In this document: positions 56,556 to 64,000 of the stretch, piece by piece
How the letters are laid out: each line of letters starts with the position of its first letter
How positions within the stretch are numbered: the first letter of the stretch is position 1
DNA from: Nitrospirota bacterium
Lineage (GTDB): Bacteria > Nitrospirota > Nitrospiria > JACQBZ01
Length of the DNA: 64,000 nucleotides
NCBI GenBank assembly: GCA_016194285.1
Contig: JACQBZ010000096.1
Span: forward strand, 8,974 to 72,973
Direction of reading: 5' to 3'
Translations under genes and position numbers: made by a program
Notes under the pieces: generated by a model
The model's input: the letters and a program-made list of their open reading frames with translations, nothing else
What the model was told of the DNA's origin: nothing
The model's database searches: none

Positions 56556-56981
56556 TTACGGCACAACAATGATTTTGCCCGACATGTGATGGAAAGGAAG
56601 GTGACACATGTACAGGTATTCGCCGGGCTTTGCAAAGGTCTTCCGGTATTCCTTCCGAGGAGGCAATTGCCCGACATCGATCACCCGAACCTCCGGTGAA
56701 AGCTCCTTCGGGTTGCAGGGGTCACCTCCCGCACTGCTGATGAGGGTATGCGTTTCATAATCTTGATTGATCCATTCCACGGTTGTCCCGGCCTTGACCG
56801 TTACGACCGGCGGATCATAGGCGTTGTCACACCGACTCTCTGCATCCATCACGATCTTGATCATGACCACCGAAGGCGGTGCAGGCTGAGCCGGTTCCGC
56901 GGGAGGCGTCTCGGCCGATCTTCCGACCCCCCATCCGAGCAGGACGCAAAAAATGACGGCCGCAAGAACACCCATTTTCAT
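56556..56981 (-). CDS. Secreted cupredoxin (plastocyanin/azurin-family blue copper protein)
   Basis: The ORF has a signal peptide, VVTVKAGTTVEWINQDYETHT, and YMCHLPFHHMSGKIIVV (His/Cys/His/Met ligand pattern). Confidence 0.85.
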   Translation of the reverse strand: MKMGVLAAVIFCVLLGWGVGRSAETPPAEPAQPAPPSVVMIKIVMDAESRCDNAYDPPVVTVKAGTTVEWINQDYETHTLISSAGGDPCNPKELSPEVRVIDVGQLPPRKEYRKTFAKPGEYLYMCHLPFHHMSGKIIVVP

Positions 56982-57023
56982 CCAGACGATTCCCTCCTAG
57001 GTCCTGGCCATATAAAAACTCAT

Positions 57024-57049
57024 GTAGGGGCCTAAACCTATGCCCCTAC
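57024..57049. repeat. GC-rich hairpin GTAGGGGC-N10-GCCCCTAC between convergently ordered minus-strand genes
   Basis: It has an 8-bp perfect stem. Its termini are identical to those of the palindrome at 555-582. Confidence 0.45.
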
Positions 57050-57106
57050 ACGAGTCATGTATTCATAAGCGCAATGCTTTTTCTTCAAGCACGAAGCCGC
57101 GGAGGC

Positions 57107-57394
57107 TCAGGAGCGAATGTCGACTGCAACCATCTTACCTTTTTCTTCTTTGTAGCCGACCATTACCCGGTCTTTGACCTTGAGCTCCTTGAGAATCGTG
57201 TCGGTCGCTGCAAAGGTCATCGGTTGATCCGTCTCGGCGTCCTGGATCGTGAAGGTCTGGGCCTTCGCATCAATCGTCGTGACATTCCCGACATGCGTGT
57301 TCGGCCCGGCCGATTTGCAGGCCCAGCCCATTGCTACAGGTCCCAGCAGGAACACGGTCAGGATCACAACCACAATCAGAGATCGATTTTTCAT
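57107..57394 (-). CDS. Small secreted protein (tentatively CusF-like OB-fold)
   Basis: The 95-aa ORF has a signal peptide and then HVGNVTTIDAKAQTFTIQD...MTFAA...LKVKDRVMVGY. The functional call is weak. Confidence 0.55.
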   Translation of the reverse strand: MKNRSLIVVVILTVFLLGPVAMGWACKSAGPNTHVGNVTTIDAKAQTFTIQDAETDQPMTFAATDTILKELKVKDRVMVGYKEEKGKMVAVDIRS

Positions 57395-57500
57395 GACGCA
57401 CCCCTCCTTTTATTTAACGGGTATTATGCCTCAAACCGTTCGGGCTTTGCAATACCGCATGCACCGAGCAGACCACTTCGAAGTTATTATGTATTTCGAC

Positions 57501-57529
57501 TTGACGTGAGGCACTTAAACTGTTATAAT
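57501..57529 (+). promoter_or_regulatory. Near-consensus sigma70 promoter of the desaturase gene
   Basis: The sequence reads TTGACG (57501-57506), N17, TATAAT (57524-57529). Confidence 0.5.
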
Positions 57530-57546
57530 TCGTTCGCAAGTAACGG

Positions 57547-57586
57547 AAACCGCCCTCTATGATGTTTCGGTTATGGAGGGCGGTTT
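57547..57586 (+). promoter_or_regulatory. Terminator-like hairpin in the desaturase 5' leader
   Basis: An 11-bp perfect stem (AAACCGCCCTC/GAGGGCGGTTT) has an 18-nt loop and is followed by TGTGTGT. It lies between the promoter and the SD/ATG at 57617. Confidence 0.45.
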
Positions 57587-57616
57587 TGTGTGTCAGGATA
57601 GGGAAAGGAGTCTCGA

Positions 57617-58501
57617 ATGAATCAAGCGTTTGCCGGAACAGAAATACTTTCAAGAACCGGAACAGAAACAGTTACAAGACCCATCGACTATATCGCGATT
57701 GCGCTTTTTTCCATGATCGTACTGGTGGCGCTCATCGGCGTCCCGGTTTTTGGTTTCACCTATGGTTACACGGGGTTCGACTGGATCTTGTTCGGTATCT
57801 TGTATGTCGTAACCGGGTTGGGCATCACCGTGGGATACCATCGCATGATCTCGCATCGGAGTTTCACCTGTCCGGATGCCGTGAAGGTGGCGCTTCTGAT
57901 CGCTGGGGGATGGGCATTTCAAAATTCGGCCTTAAAATGGTCGGCCGATCATGTACGACATCACGCCAAGGTGGATCAGGAAGAAGATCCTTACAATGCC
58001 AAGAAAGGATTCTGGTACAGCCATTGCGGCTGGCTGTTGTTAAAGGATCCTTACGCTGATGATAAATACACGGCACAGTTTAAGAAGGATACGCTGGTGG
58101 TCTGGCAAGAAAAATATTACGCTCCGATCCTGATTTCCGGTTTCGCCCTGCCTTTCTTGGCGGGACTATTTCACGGAGGATGGATGAGCGGGCTGGGCTG
58201 TTTTCTTCTGGCCGGCGTGGGTCGGGCCTTCCTGGTGCTCAACTCAACGTTCTGCATTAATTCGATCTGCCATATGTGGGGGGATCAGCCCAACGGAACG
58301 GACAACAGCAGCCGGGACAGTTGGTGGATCTCTCTCATTACATTCGGCGAAGGCTATCACAATTACCACCATGCCTATCCGAAGGATTATCGGAACGGTC
58401 CGAAGTGGTATAACTTCGATCCGTCGAAATGGCTGATTTTCGGTCTGCGAACAGTGGGTCTTGCGGGAAATCTATACCGGGTGTGCCCCAAAACAAAATA
58501 A
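57617..58501 (+). CDS. Acyl-CoA (delta-9-type) fatty acid desaturase
   Basis: The ORF has the three histidine boxes HRMISH, HVRHH and HNYHH, plus TM helices. Confidence 0.92.
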   Translation: MNQAFAGTEILSRTGTETVTRPIDYIAIALFSMIVLVALIGVPVFGFTYGYTGFDWILFGILYVVTGLGITVGYHRMISHRSFTCPDAVKVALLIAGGWAFQNSALKWSADHVRHHAKVDQEEDPYNAKKGFWYSHCGWLLLKDPYADDKYTAQFKKDTLVVWQEKYYAPILISGFALPFLAGLFHGGWMSGLGCFLLAGVGRAFLVLNSTFCINSICHMWGDQPNGTDNSSRDSWWISLITFGEGYHNYHHAYPKDYRNGPKWYNFDPSKWLIFGLRTVGLAGNLYRVCPKTK

Positions 58502-58519
58502 TCCATCACCAAGCAAAAA

Positions 58520-58556
58520 GGGTATCCCCGATATCAGAACGGGGGTGCCCTTTTTA
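58520..58556. terminator. Bidirectional terminator between convergent genes
   Basis: A 10-bp stem including G:U pairs (GGGTATCCCC/GGGGGTGCCC) is flanked by T-runs in both transcript orientations. Confidence 0.55.
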
Positions 58557-58578
58557 TTTCATCCTTCGAGCTTATCGT

Positions 58579-59223
58579 TTATGTTTTCTTTGAAACCTCG
58601 ATGAATTTCAGGCGAAGGCTGTAGAGAGTCTGTTGGAGTAACTCGGACTCACTCTTTGTCAAATTTCCCTTGGTCTTTTCCTCCAGCAGTCCAAGAAGAT
58701 CGATCAGTTCTCGGGCTTGCACGAGATCAACCGGCGGTGTCGAACCCGGTACCGACGGTACACCGGGCACCCGAGCCTGGCCGATGGCCATCAGCGCCGA
58801 GGCCCCGACGGAAAAGATGAAAGAAGAGAAATCCAAGCGACCTCCGGTTTGGGATCCGGTCCGGGGATCCATTGCCGGCCCGGTTCCGGATTTCGAACTT
58901 GCCTCCCCACGAACCTCGGCATTTTCAACTCGCTGCTGTCGATCCGAACCCGTCAAAGGCGCGTCCATTTTACCTTTTTCTTTCTGCAACTTAGGCGACT
59001 CGAGATGTTGAACTTCCAACTCGGGAAGCGTTAGGTCCAAGTCATGCAACGGACGAGGACGGTGCTTCCCTTCTTTTGGTGGAACCGAGGTCGGTTTGGC
59101 GGGCTGCTTGGTAGGCGCGGAGGTGGCAGGGGCCGATCTTTCTTCCTTGACCGGCAAAGGCGTGGCGCACTGTGAACAGACATCGCCGATGCTTTCCTCA
59201 TGCCCGCACGCCGGACAGCGCAT
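58579..59223 (-). CDS. DUF1844-domain protein with N-terminal zinc ribbon
   Basis: The N-terminus reads MRCPACGHEESIGDVCSQC. The C-terminus reads FSSFIFSVGASALMAIG...IDLLGLLEEKTKGNLT...LRLKF, typical of DUF1844. Confidence 0.75.
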   Translation of the reverse strand: MRCPACGHEESIGDVCSQCATPLPVKEERSAPATSAPTKQPAKPTSVPPKEGKHRPRPLHDLDLTLPELEVQHLESPKLQKEKGKMDAPLTGSDRQQRVENAEVRGEASSKSGTGPAMDPRTGSQTGGRLDFSSFIFSVGASALMAIGQARVPGVPSVPGSTPPVDLVQARELIDLLGLLEEKTKGNLTKSESELLQQTLYSLRLKFIEVSKKT

Positions 59224-59366
59224 ATTTCCTCACAACTCCAAGCCCAAGAACGCTATATTCAATTAAGTATACCTCGTTCCTATTTTTAGCGCAATTGTCC
59301 TAAAGTCCATCGGGAAAACGTCCTTGACAGACCGAAGGCTGACCGGTATTATGATGATCCAAAATC

Positions 59367-59804
59367 ATGGAAATGGCATCTCTATATCTCATGAATGAGA
59401 AGCCGAAAACCCTTCGGATGATCCGCTGGATGCCGATAGCCATTCTGGCCGGCCTTTGGTTTTTGCCGGGCTGCGACACGGACACGCGCGAAATCTCACC
59501 GGCCACATTAACCTCCAATGTGCCGGAAGAGCACGCAAAAGGGGAGGCGGCTTTTAACCGATACTGCACAGCGTGTCATGGAAAGGCGGCGGCCGGAACG
59601 GACCACGGCCCAAGCTTTATCAATCGAATTTATGAACCCAATCACCATGGCGACCCATCCTTTTTCCTTGCGCCCCGGAGGGGCGTCCGGGCCCACCACT
59701 GGAACTTCGGCGATATGCCGAAGATCAAGGGGGTGTCGGACGACGACCTTAAACAGATCGTCGGTTACATCCGTTGGCTGCAGCGGCAAGCCGGAATCCA
59801 ATAA
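59367..59804 (+). CDS. Monohaem c-type cytochrome (lipoprotein-type signal)
   Basis: The ORF has a CTACH motif and the signal ILAGLWFLPGC. The start is probably an internal Met (MIRWMPIA). Confidence 0.8.
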   Translation: MEMASLYLMNEKPKTLRMIRWMPIAILAGLWFLPGCDTDTREISPATLTSNVPEEHAKGEAAFNRYCTACHGKAAAGTDHGPSFINRIYEPNHHGDPSFFLAPRRGVRAHHWNFGDMPKIKGVSDDDLKQIVGYIRWLQRQAGIQ

Positions 59805-59818
59805 CAAGGTCCTATTCC

Positions 59819-61486
59819 ATGTCGGACGAATTCTTCACAACCCAAGAGCGTGAACATCTCGCGCCGTTTTTTACAAATCCCGATCGGGAGATCTTCGGGC
59901 TGAAACTCCCACAGGAAGTGGCGGGGGCACTCTTCTCCCGGTACAGTCGCTCGGCCAAGGATCTCCGTCGGGTTTTCTTAGACGAATTTTTAGGCCAGAT
60001 GGACGCGCTTCATGCGCCGCCGGCGGCGGACGACACCGACGCGCTGAAAAAAGCGCGCGCTTTCTACGATCGCGTGCTGGTCGGTTATGGAGATGATTCC
60101 GTCGCCCAACTGGGCGGGGCCCACATCGCGTGCGAGGGAATTTCCAATGTCGCGGCGAATGTCCTTGAAGATTCACGGATCGGTCTTGCGCCGCTGGAAA
60201 AATCCACACGGTATGTGCGATTCGACAAAAAAGATTCCCGAGGCGACTATCTGTTTTATAAAGAGCCCCGCATTATGGCGTCCCGGCACGCCGCGCCTTA
60301 TCGGGAGGTCATGAACCTTCTGTTTGAGAGTTACGCACGCCAGATGGATCCTATGATCGATTTCATTGCGGAGCGCCTGCCCATCGCCGAAGTACCCTTC
60401 AAACATCCCCAAACCGGGGAGATGCTGGCCTATACGGATATCGAACGCGACGCGCAACTGAAGAAATGGGCCCAGACCGCATATCGATCGACGATACGGG
60501 CCCAGGCCTGCGACCTGCTGCGCGGCTTTCTACCCGCCTCCACGAAAACCAACGTCGGCCTTTTCGGCACCGGTCAGGCCTTTGAGTACTTATTGACCAA
60601 ACTCTACTCCTATCCCTTAACCGAGATGCGTCAACTGGCCGAGCAGATGCACGGCGAATTAAATGCGTTGATTCCTTCTTTTGTCAAACGGGCCCGTTCC
60701 AACAGCTATCTCACCGAGACGTACCGAAACACCCGAGCGTTCGCTCAACAACAGACGGTCGGTCTCGACAAGGCGCCGTCCGAAGCGGTCACGCTGGTGG
60801 ACTACGACGTCGACGCGGAAGAAAAAGTCCTGTCGGCCATCCTCTATCCGCACACCCGGCTTCCGTTGACGCAGCTCCGGGCCGAGGTCCGATCCTGGAA
60901 CCCGGACCGCAGGGCCCGGTTGTTGAGCGAATACCTGGAACATCGAAAACACCGACGGGACAAACCGGGACGGGCGTTTGAACAGGTTTATTACACCTTC
61001 GACCTTCTGGGCAATCTCGGAATGTACCGGGATCTTCATCGTCACCGGATCCTGTCCCAGGAGCGTCAAGATTTTGATGTGGCGCATGGTTATGATACTC
61101 CCAACGAATTGTCCGAAACCGGGTTTAAGGAAGAGTTCGACCGGTGCATGGCCCAAGCGGCCGAGCTCTATCATCGGATACAGACCGATCTTCCCTCCGA
61201 AGCCCAGTACGTGGTTCCGTTTGCCTATCGGGTCCGCTGGTACATGAAATTGAACCTACGGGAACTGGCCCATATCGCCGAGCTTCGCACCATGCCCCAG
61301 GGTCATCCTGATTATCGGTTCATGGTCCACGAGATCTGCCGTAAGGTCGAGGCCGTGCATCCGACCCTGTTGCGTTTCGTCAAGTTTATCGACTGGAAAG
61401 ATTATCACCTGGGACGCCTCCAGTCTGAAATGCGAACAGAGTACAGAAAATCCATCCTCGCTCCAAATCCCGAATCCCGACCGTAA
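59819..61486 (+). CDS. Long ThyX-family (FAD-dependent thymidylate synthase-like) protein
   Basis: It has the ThyX-type RHR signature (YRDLHRHRILSQERQ). I chose the start MSDEFFTTQE at 59819. At ~555 aa it is about twice the usual ThyX length. Confidence 0.75.
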   Translation: MSDEFFTTQEREHLAPFFTNPDREIFGLKLPQEVAGALFSRYSRSAKDLRRVFLDEFLGQMDALHAPPAADDTDALKKARAFYDRVLVGYGDDSVAQLGGAHIACEGISNVAANVLEDSRIGLAPLEKSTRYVRFDKKDSRGDYLFYKEPRIMASRHAAPYREVMNLLFESYARQMDPMIDFIAERLPIAEVPFKHPQTGEMLAYTDIERDAQLKKWAQTAYRSTIRAQACDLLRGFLPASTKTNVGLFGTGQAFEYLLTKLYSYPLTEMRQLAEQMHGELNALIPSFVKRARSNSYLTETYRNTRAFAQQQTVGLDKAPSEAVTLVDYDVDAEEKVLSAILYPHTRLPLTQLRAEVRSWNPDRRARLLSEYLEHRKHRRDKPGRAFEQVYYTFDLLGNLGMYRDLHRHRILSQERQDFDVAHGYDTPNELSETGFKEEFDRCMAQAAELYHRIQTDLPSEAQYVVPFAYRVRWYMKLNLRELAHIAELRTMPQGHPDYRFMVHEICRKVEAVHPTLLRFVKFIDWKDYHLGRLQSEMRTEYRKSILAPNPESRP

Positions 61487-61508
61487 GGCCTGAGCGAAGA
61501 AAAATTCC

Positions 61509-62096
61509 ATGCAGCACAAAAACCGCTTCGCGTTGAAAGAATGGGCCATCATCCTCAAGGCGTTGTCGGAAGGACGACAAATCTTGCTGCTGCGCAAGGG
61601 CGGTCTCATCGAAAAGAACACCCGCTTCATGGTTGAGCATACCGAATTTTTTATCTATCCGACCTATCTTCATCAGCAGCGCAGGGGCATTGTTCCGGCT
61701 TGGAGGGGGTATTTAGAACAAATCCTGGCGGCCCCACCCCCGGAAGGCGAAGTGATCCTGTCCCACTATGCCGTCGTGCAGCAGGTGCTCAAGATCATCG
61801 ATCCGGACCGAATTCAAACGCTGTCGGACTGCCATGTGCTCAACAACGAAGAGGTCCGGAAGCGTTTTTTCTACGGCCAAGCGCCGGGACTTCATCTCAT
61901 CCTGCTGCGTGTCTTTCAACTTCCCAAGCCGTTCCGGATACCGATCCGACCCCATTACACCGGCTGTCGATCGTGGGTCGATCTCGGACAGGAGATCCCC
62001 ACGTCCGGATGCCGGCCCGTTCTCAATGACGACGCCTTTGACCGGGAAGTTCGCCGCATCACCGAACGCATCGGCCCATCGGTCCAGCCCCCCTGA
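61509..62096 (+). CDS. DUF1802-family protein
   Basis: The N-terminus ALKEWAIILKALSEGRQILLLRKGG is typical of DUF1802. Confidence 0.7.
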   Translation: MQHKNRFALKEWAIILKALSEGRQILLLRKGGLIEKNTRFMVEHTEFFIYPTYLHQQRRGIVPAWRGYLEQILAAPPPEGEVILSHYAVVQQVLKIIDPDRIQTLSDCHVLNNEEVRKRFFYGQAPGLHLILLRVFQLPKPFRIPIRPHYTGCRSWVDLGQEIPTSGCRPVLNDDAFDREVRRITERIGPSVQPP

Positions 62097-62112
62097 TCAA
62101 CCGACAAAGGAC

Positions 62113-62141
62113 TTGACACGGCCCGGTACCGATGTTATGAT
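62113..62141 (+). promoter_or_regulatory. Candidate sigma70 promoter of the TetR gene
   Basis: The sequence reads TTGACA (62113-62118), N17, TATGAT (62136-62141). Confidence 0.4.
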
Positions 62142-62181
62142 GGCCGACAAATAGACTAACCGGTCAGTTTTAAGCGAGACG

Positions 62182-62817
62182 ATGTCGGACAAAGGCGAGG
62201 CCACAAAACAAAAAGTGCTCAAAACCGCCCGGGAGTTGTTTTACCTCAACGGGTACAACAACACCAGCATCGACGATATTTTGAAAGCCAGCAAGATCAA
62301 AAAAGGGAATCTGTATTTCCATTTCAGCAGCAAGGAAGCCCTCGGATACGCGGTGATCGATAGTTACCTGACCGAGGAGGCCGACATGATCGACCGGATC
62401 TTGGCCGGGCCGGGCCGCCCGATGGAACGGGTTTACCGGTTGTTCGATTCTTCCAGGAAGCATCTCAGCAAGCAAGGCTGCCGCGGCGGTTGCCCCATTG
62501 GAAATTTTGCACTCGAGATGTCGGATATCCACAACGGCTTTCGGAAGAAGATCAATGCGGTCTTTGACGCCTGGTGCGATCGCCTGGAGAAACTCCTTCG
62601 GGAGGCGAGGCAGACCGGCGAACTCCCGCCCTCCATCGATCCGAAGGCCCTGGCTTGTTTCATGGTCGCGGTTTGGGAGGGCGGTGTGATGCTAGTGAAG
62701 ACCCGAAAAGATCCGCGAATCTTGGGGGACTGCATCAAAAGTTTGAAGGCGATCGTCGAGGCCTGCTTGCCCCTGCCCGTCCGGCAGGCGGGGGACCGAC
62801 GGGCCTACCGGGCCTAA
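62182..62817 (+). CDS. TetR/AcrR-family transcriptional regulator
   Basis: It has the N-terminal HTH KVLKTARELFYLNGYNNTSIDDILKASKIKKGNLYFHFSSKEAL. Confidence 0.9.
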   Translation: MSDKGEATKQKVLKTARELFYLNGYNNTSIDDILKASKIKKGNLYFHFSSKEALGYAVIDSYLTEEADMIDRILAGPGRPMERVYRLFDSSRKHLSKQGCRGGCPIGNFALEMSDIHNGFRKKINAVFDAWCDRLEKLLREARQTGELPPSIDPKALACFMVAVWEGGVMLVKTRKDPRILGDCIKSLKAIVEACLPLPVRQAGDRRAYRA

Positions 62818-62835
62818 ATATTTTTACCCGTTTGA

Positions 62836-62855
62836 TTGACCGACTGGTCGGTCAA
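62836..62855. promoter_or_regulatory. Perfect 20-bp palindrome, candidate TetR operator
   Basis: TTGACCGAC-TG-GTCGGTCAA lies between the tetR stop and the SD/ATG of the 4-Cys mini-protein. Confidence 0.55.
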
Positions 62856-62878
62856 AACTTAAAGAAAGGAGGTCTCCG

Positions 62879-63085
62879 ATGCGTTGCCCGCGCTGCAATG
62901 GGTTAATGGTCAATGATTGGTTTCAGGATATTCGGGATGATACGGGGCGTATAAATTTTGAGGGGCTGCGCTGTCTGATCTGCGGCGAAGTGGTGGATCC
63001 CGTCATTCTTCGTAACCGTCGAATCGGACCGGAAGGTATTCCGGGCCGTCGTCGCCGGCGCTTGAGCCCGGCAGGGGTTTCATAA
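62879..63085 (+). CDS. 4-Cys zinc-ribbon mini-protein, paralogue B
   Basis: The 68-aa ORF reads MRCPRCNGLMVNDWFQDIRDDTGRINFEGLRCLICGEVVDPVILRNR... The SD AAGGAGG lies upstream. Confidence 0.65.
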   Translation: MRCPRCNGLMVNDWFQDIRDDTGRINFEGLRCLICGEVVDPVILRNRRIGPEGIPGRRRRRLSPAGVS

Positions 63086-63105
63086 TGGTTAGGGAAAGGA
63101 CGGTC

Positions 63106-63234
63106 ATGAACCTGCAAGGATTTTATCCGTTGATCGTATTTGGCGTTATTTTATTTTATATGGCCGTCGTGCTGTTCTTTTTCATGTATGCCCTCATGAT
63201 CCGATTGGTTCCCGCACAGGTAAGATCCCGATAA
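63106..63234 (+). CDS. Unannotated 42-aa hydrophobic mini-protein
   Basis: Own translation: MNLQGFYPLIVFGVILFYMAVVLFFFMYALMIRLVPAQVRSR*. The SD AAAGGACGG lies upstream, and the ORF starts 20 nt after paralogue B. Confidence 0.35.
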   Translation: MNLQGFYPLIVFGVILFYMAVVLFFFMYALMIRLVPAQVRSR

Positions 63235-63443
63235 CCATCGGTTTGCTCAACATAAGCAGCCCCGGATCACGTTCAGATGCGGGCCAACCAGTCGAGGCGG
63301 CGCGCAGACCGCACCGACCGCGATCGACCGCTTAAAACCCTCCGATTGATTTTCGGAACCGAACCCATTATAGTGACGGACGTCCATGTCGTTTTGAAGG
63401 CGAGCCGGCCTTCAAACGATGCCCCGAAGCGGAAGGCGGTTCC

Positions 63444-64000
63444 ATGAATCAACGCTCCCGGACGTCCAACCCAACCGAACCAGCCGATGTGGTCATTGTC
63501 GGCGGAGGAATGGGCGGGCTGCTGTTGGCCTTGATCCTCGGCCGCGGCGGCCGGACCGTGACGATCATCGAGCGCCAGCCCAAGCTCCAGCCGATTGCGC
63601 GCGGAGAACTGCTCCAGCCAAACGGCCTTCGGATCTTGGATCGGCTCGGATTGCTGGACAGACTCAAAACGCTTCCGGCCTATCGGGCCCACCGATTTGA
63701 TTTCCACCGCATCGGCGGCCGGAAGCTCTGCACCGTTGATTACCGGACGCTCCCTCCCCCCTGGAATTATACGCTGATCACGCGGCCGCACCATCTGCTG
63801 AGCCTCCTTTTGGAACAACTCGAACAGACCGGCTGCGTCCGCCTCTTGACCGAAACCGACTTCCAAGAGCTGCTGCTTCAGCATAACAGGATCATCGGAA
63901 TCCGGGCGGTGCAGAACGGCCGCCCCATCGAACTCCGCACATCACTCGTGATCGGCTCGGACGGCTCCTATTCCAAGGTTCGACAGGCGATGGGGATCCG
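63444..64000 (+). CDS. FAD-dependent monooxygenase (UbiH/aromatic-ring hydroxylase-like), 3'-truncated by window edge
   Basis: Own translation: MNQRSRTSNPTEPADVVIVGGGMGGLLLALILGRGGRTVTIIERQ...VIGSDGSYSKVRQAMGI. It has GxGxxG and DG..S.vR motifs. It is absent from the ORF track because it runs off the window edge. Confidence 0.85.
   Translation, partial: MNQRSRTSNPTEPADVVIVGGGMGGLLLALILGRGGRTVTIIERQPKLQPIARGELLQPNGLRILDRLGLLDRLKTLPAYRAHRFDFHRIGGRKLCTVDYRTLPPPWNYTLITRPHHLLSLLLEQLEQTGCVRLLTETDFQELLLQHNRIIGIRAVQNGRPIELRTSLVIGSDGSYSKVRQAMGI

Noticed and set aside
63273-63884. 203-aa minus-strand ORF at the window end
   Set aside because: It is antisense to an FAD-monooxygenase frame with textbook GxGxxG and DG..S..R motifs.

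Overview
This is a 64-kb high-GC bacterial chromosome segment with most genes on the minus strand. The gene content, especially a cytochrome bd-like oxidase cluster with c-type cytochromes, suggests a Nitrospirota-like organism; this is inference, since no search could be run.

The housekeeping backbone comprises:
- rimP-nusA-infB-DUF503-rbfA-DHH phosphoesterase
- a dat-like aminotransferase
- relA/spoT and recJ
- secF-secD-yajC-tgt-argS-moeA
- tRNA-Lys and tRNA-Glu downstream of purA, with tRNA-Ala upstream of it
- folE, mdh, an acyl-CoA desaturase and a ThyX-like gene

Accessory or unusual parts:
1. A more AT-rich ~5.7-kb segment (about 6.3-12.1 kb) is bracketed by a ~50-nt duplication of the 3' end of a YdjM-like hydrolase gene. 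It carries a 1513-aa secreted multidomain protein with two internal CxxCH motifs and a decayed toxin-antitoxin pair.
2. A ~10-kb co-directional cluster (28.4-38.1 kb) holds two membrane-anchored FGE/SUMF1-family paralogues, a family of tiny paralogous membrane proteins, two more unannotated mini-ORFs, a CydA-like 'bd-like' oxidase subunit, and three c-type cytochromes. One cytochrome is fused to an EB_dh-like domain. I consider this the most interesting candidate system.
3. A 6.7-kb integrase island lies in tRNA-Glu, bounded by perfect 53-bp direct repeats. It carries AT-rich cargo of unknown function, including a zinc-ribbon / SAP-like / PD-(D/E)xK-like protein.
4. Two paralogous 4-Cys mini-proteins each sit behind a palindromic operator and next to a regulator (sigma54 activator or TetR).
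5. Other items include a sulfite-oxidase-family pseudogene and several structured intergenic elements.

No rRNA genes or CRISPR arrays were seen. All functional calls rest on motif recognition by eye; no database searches were run.
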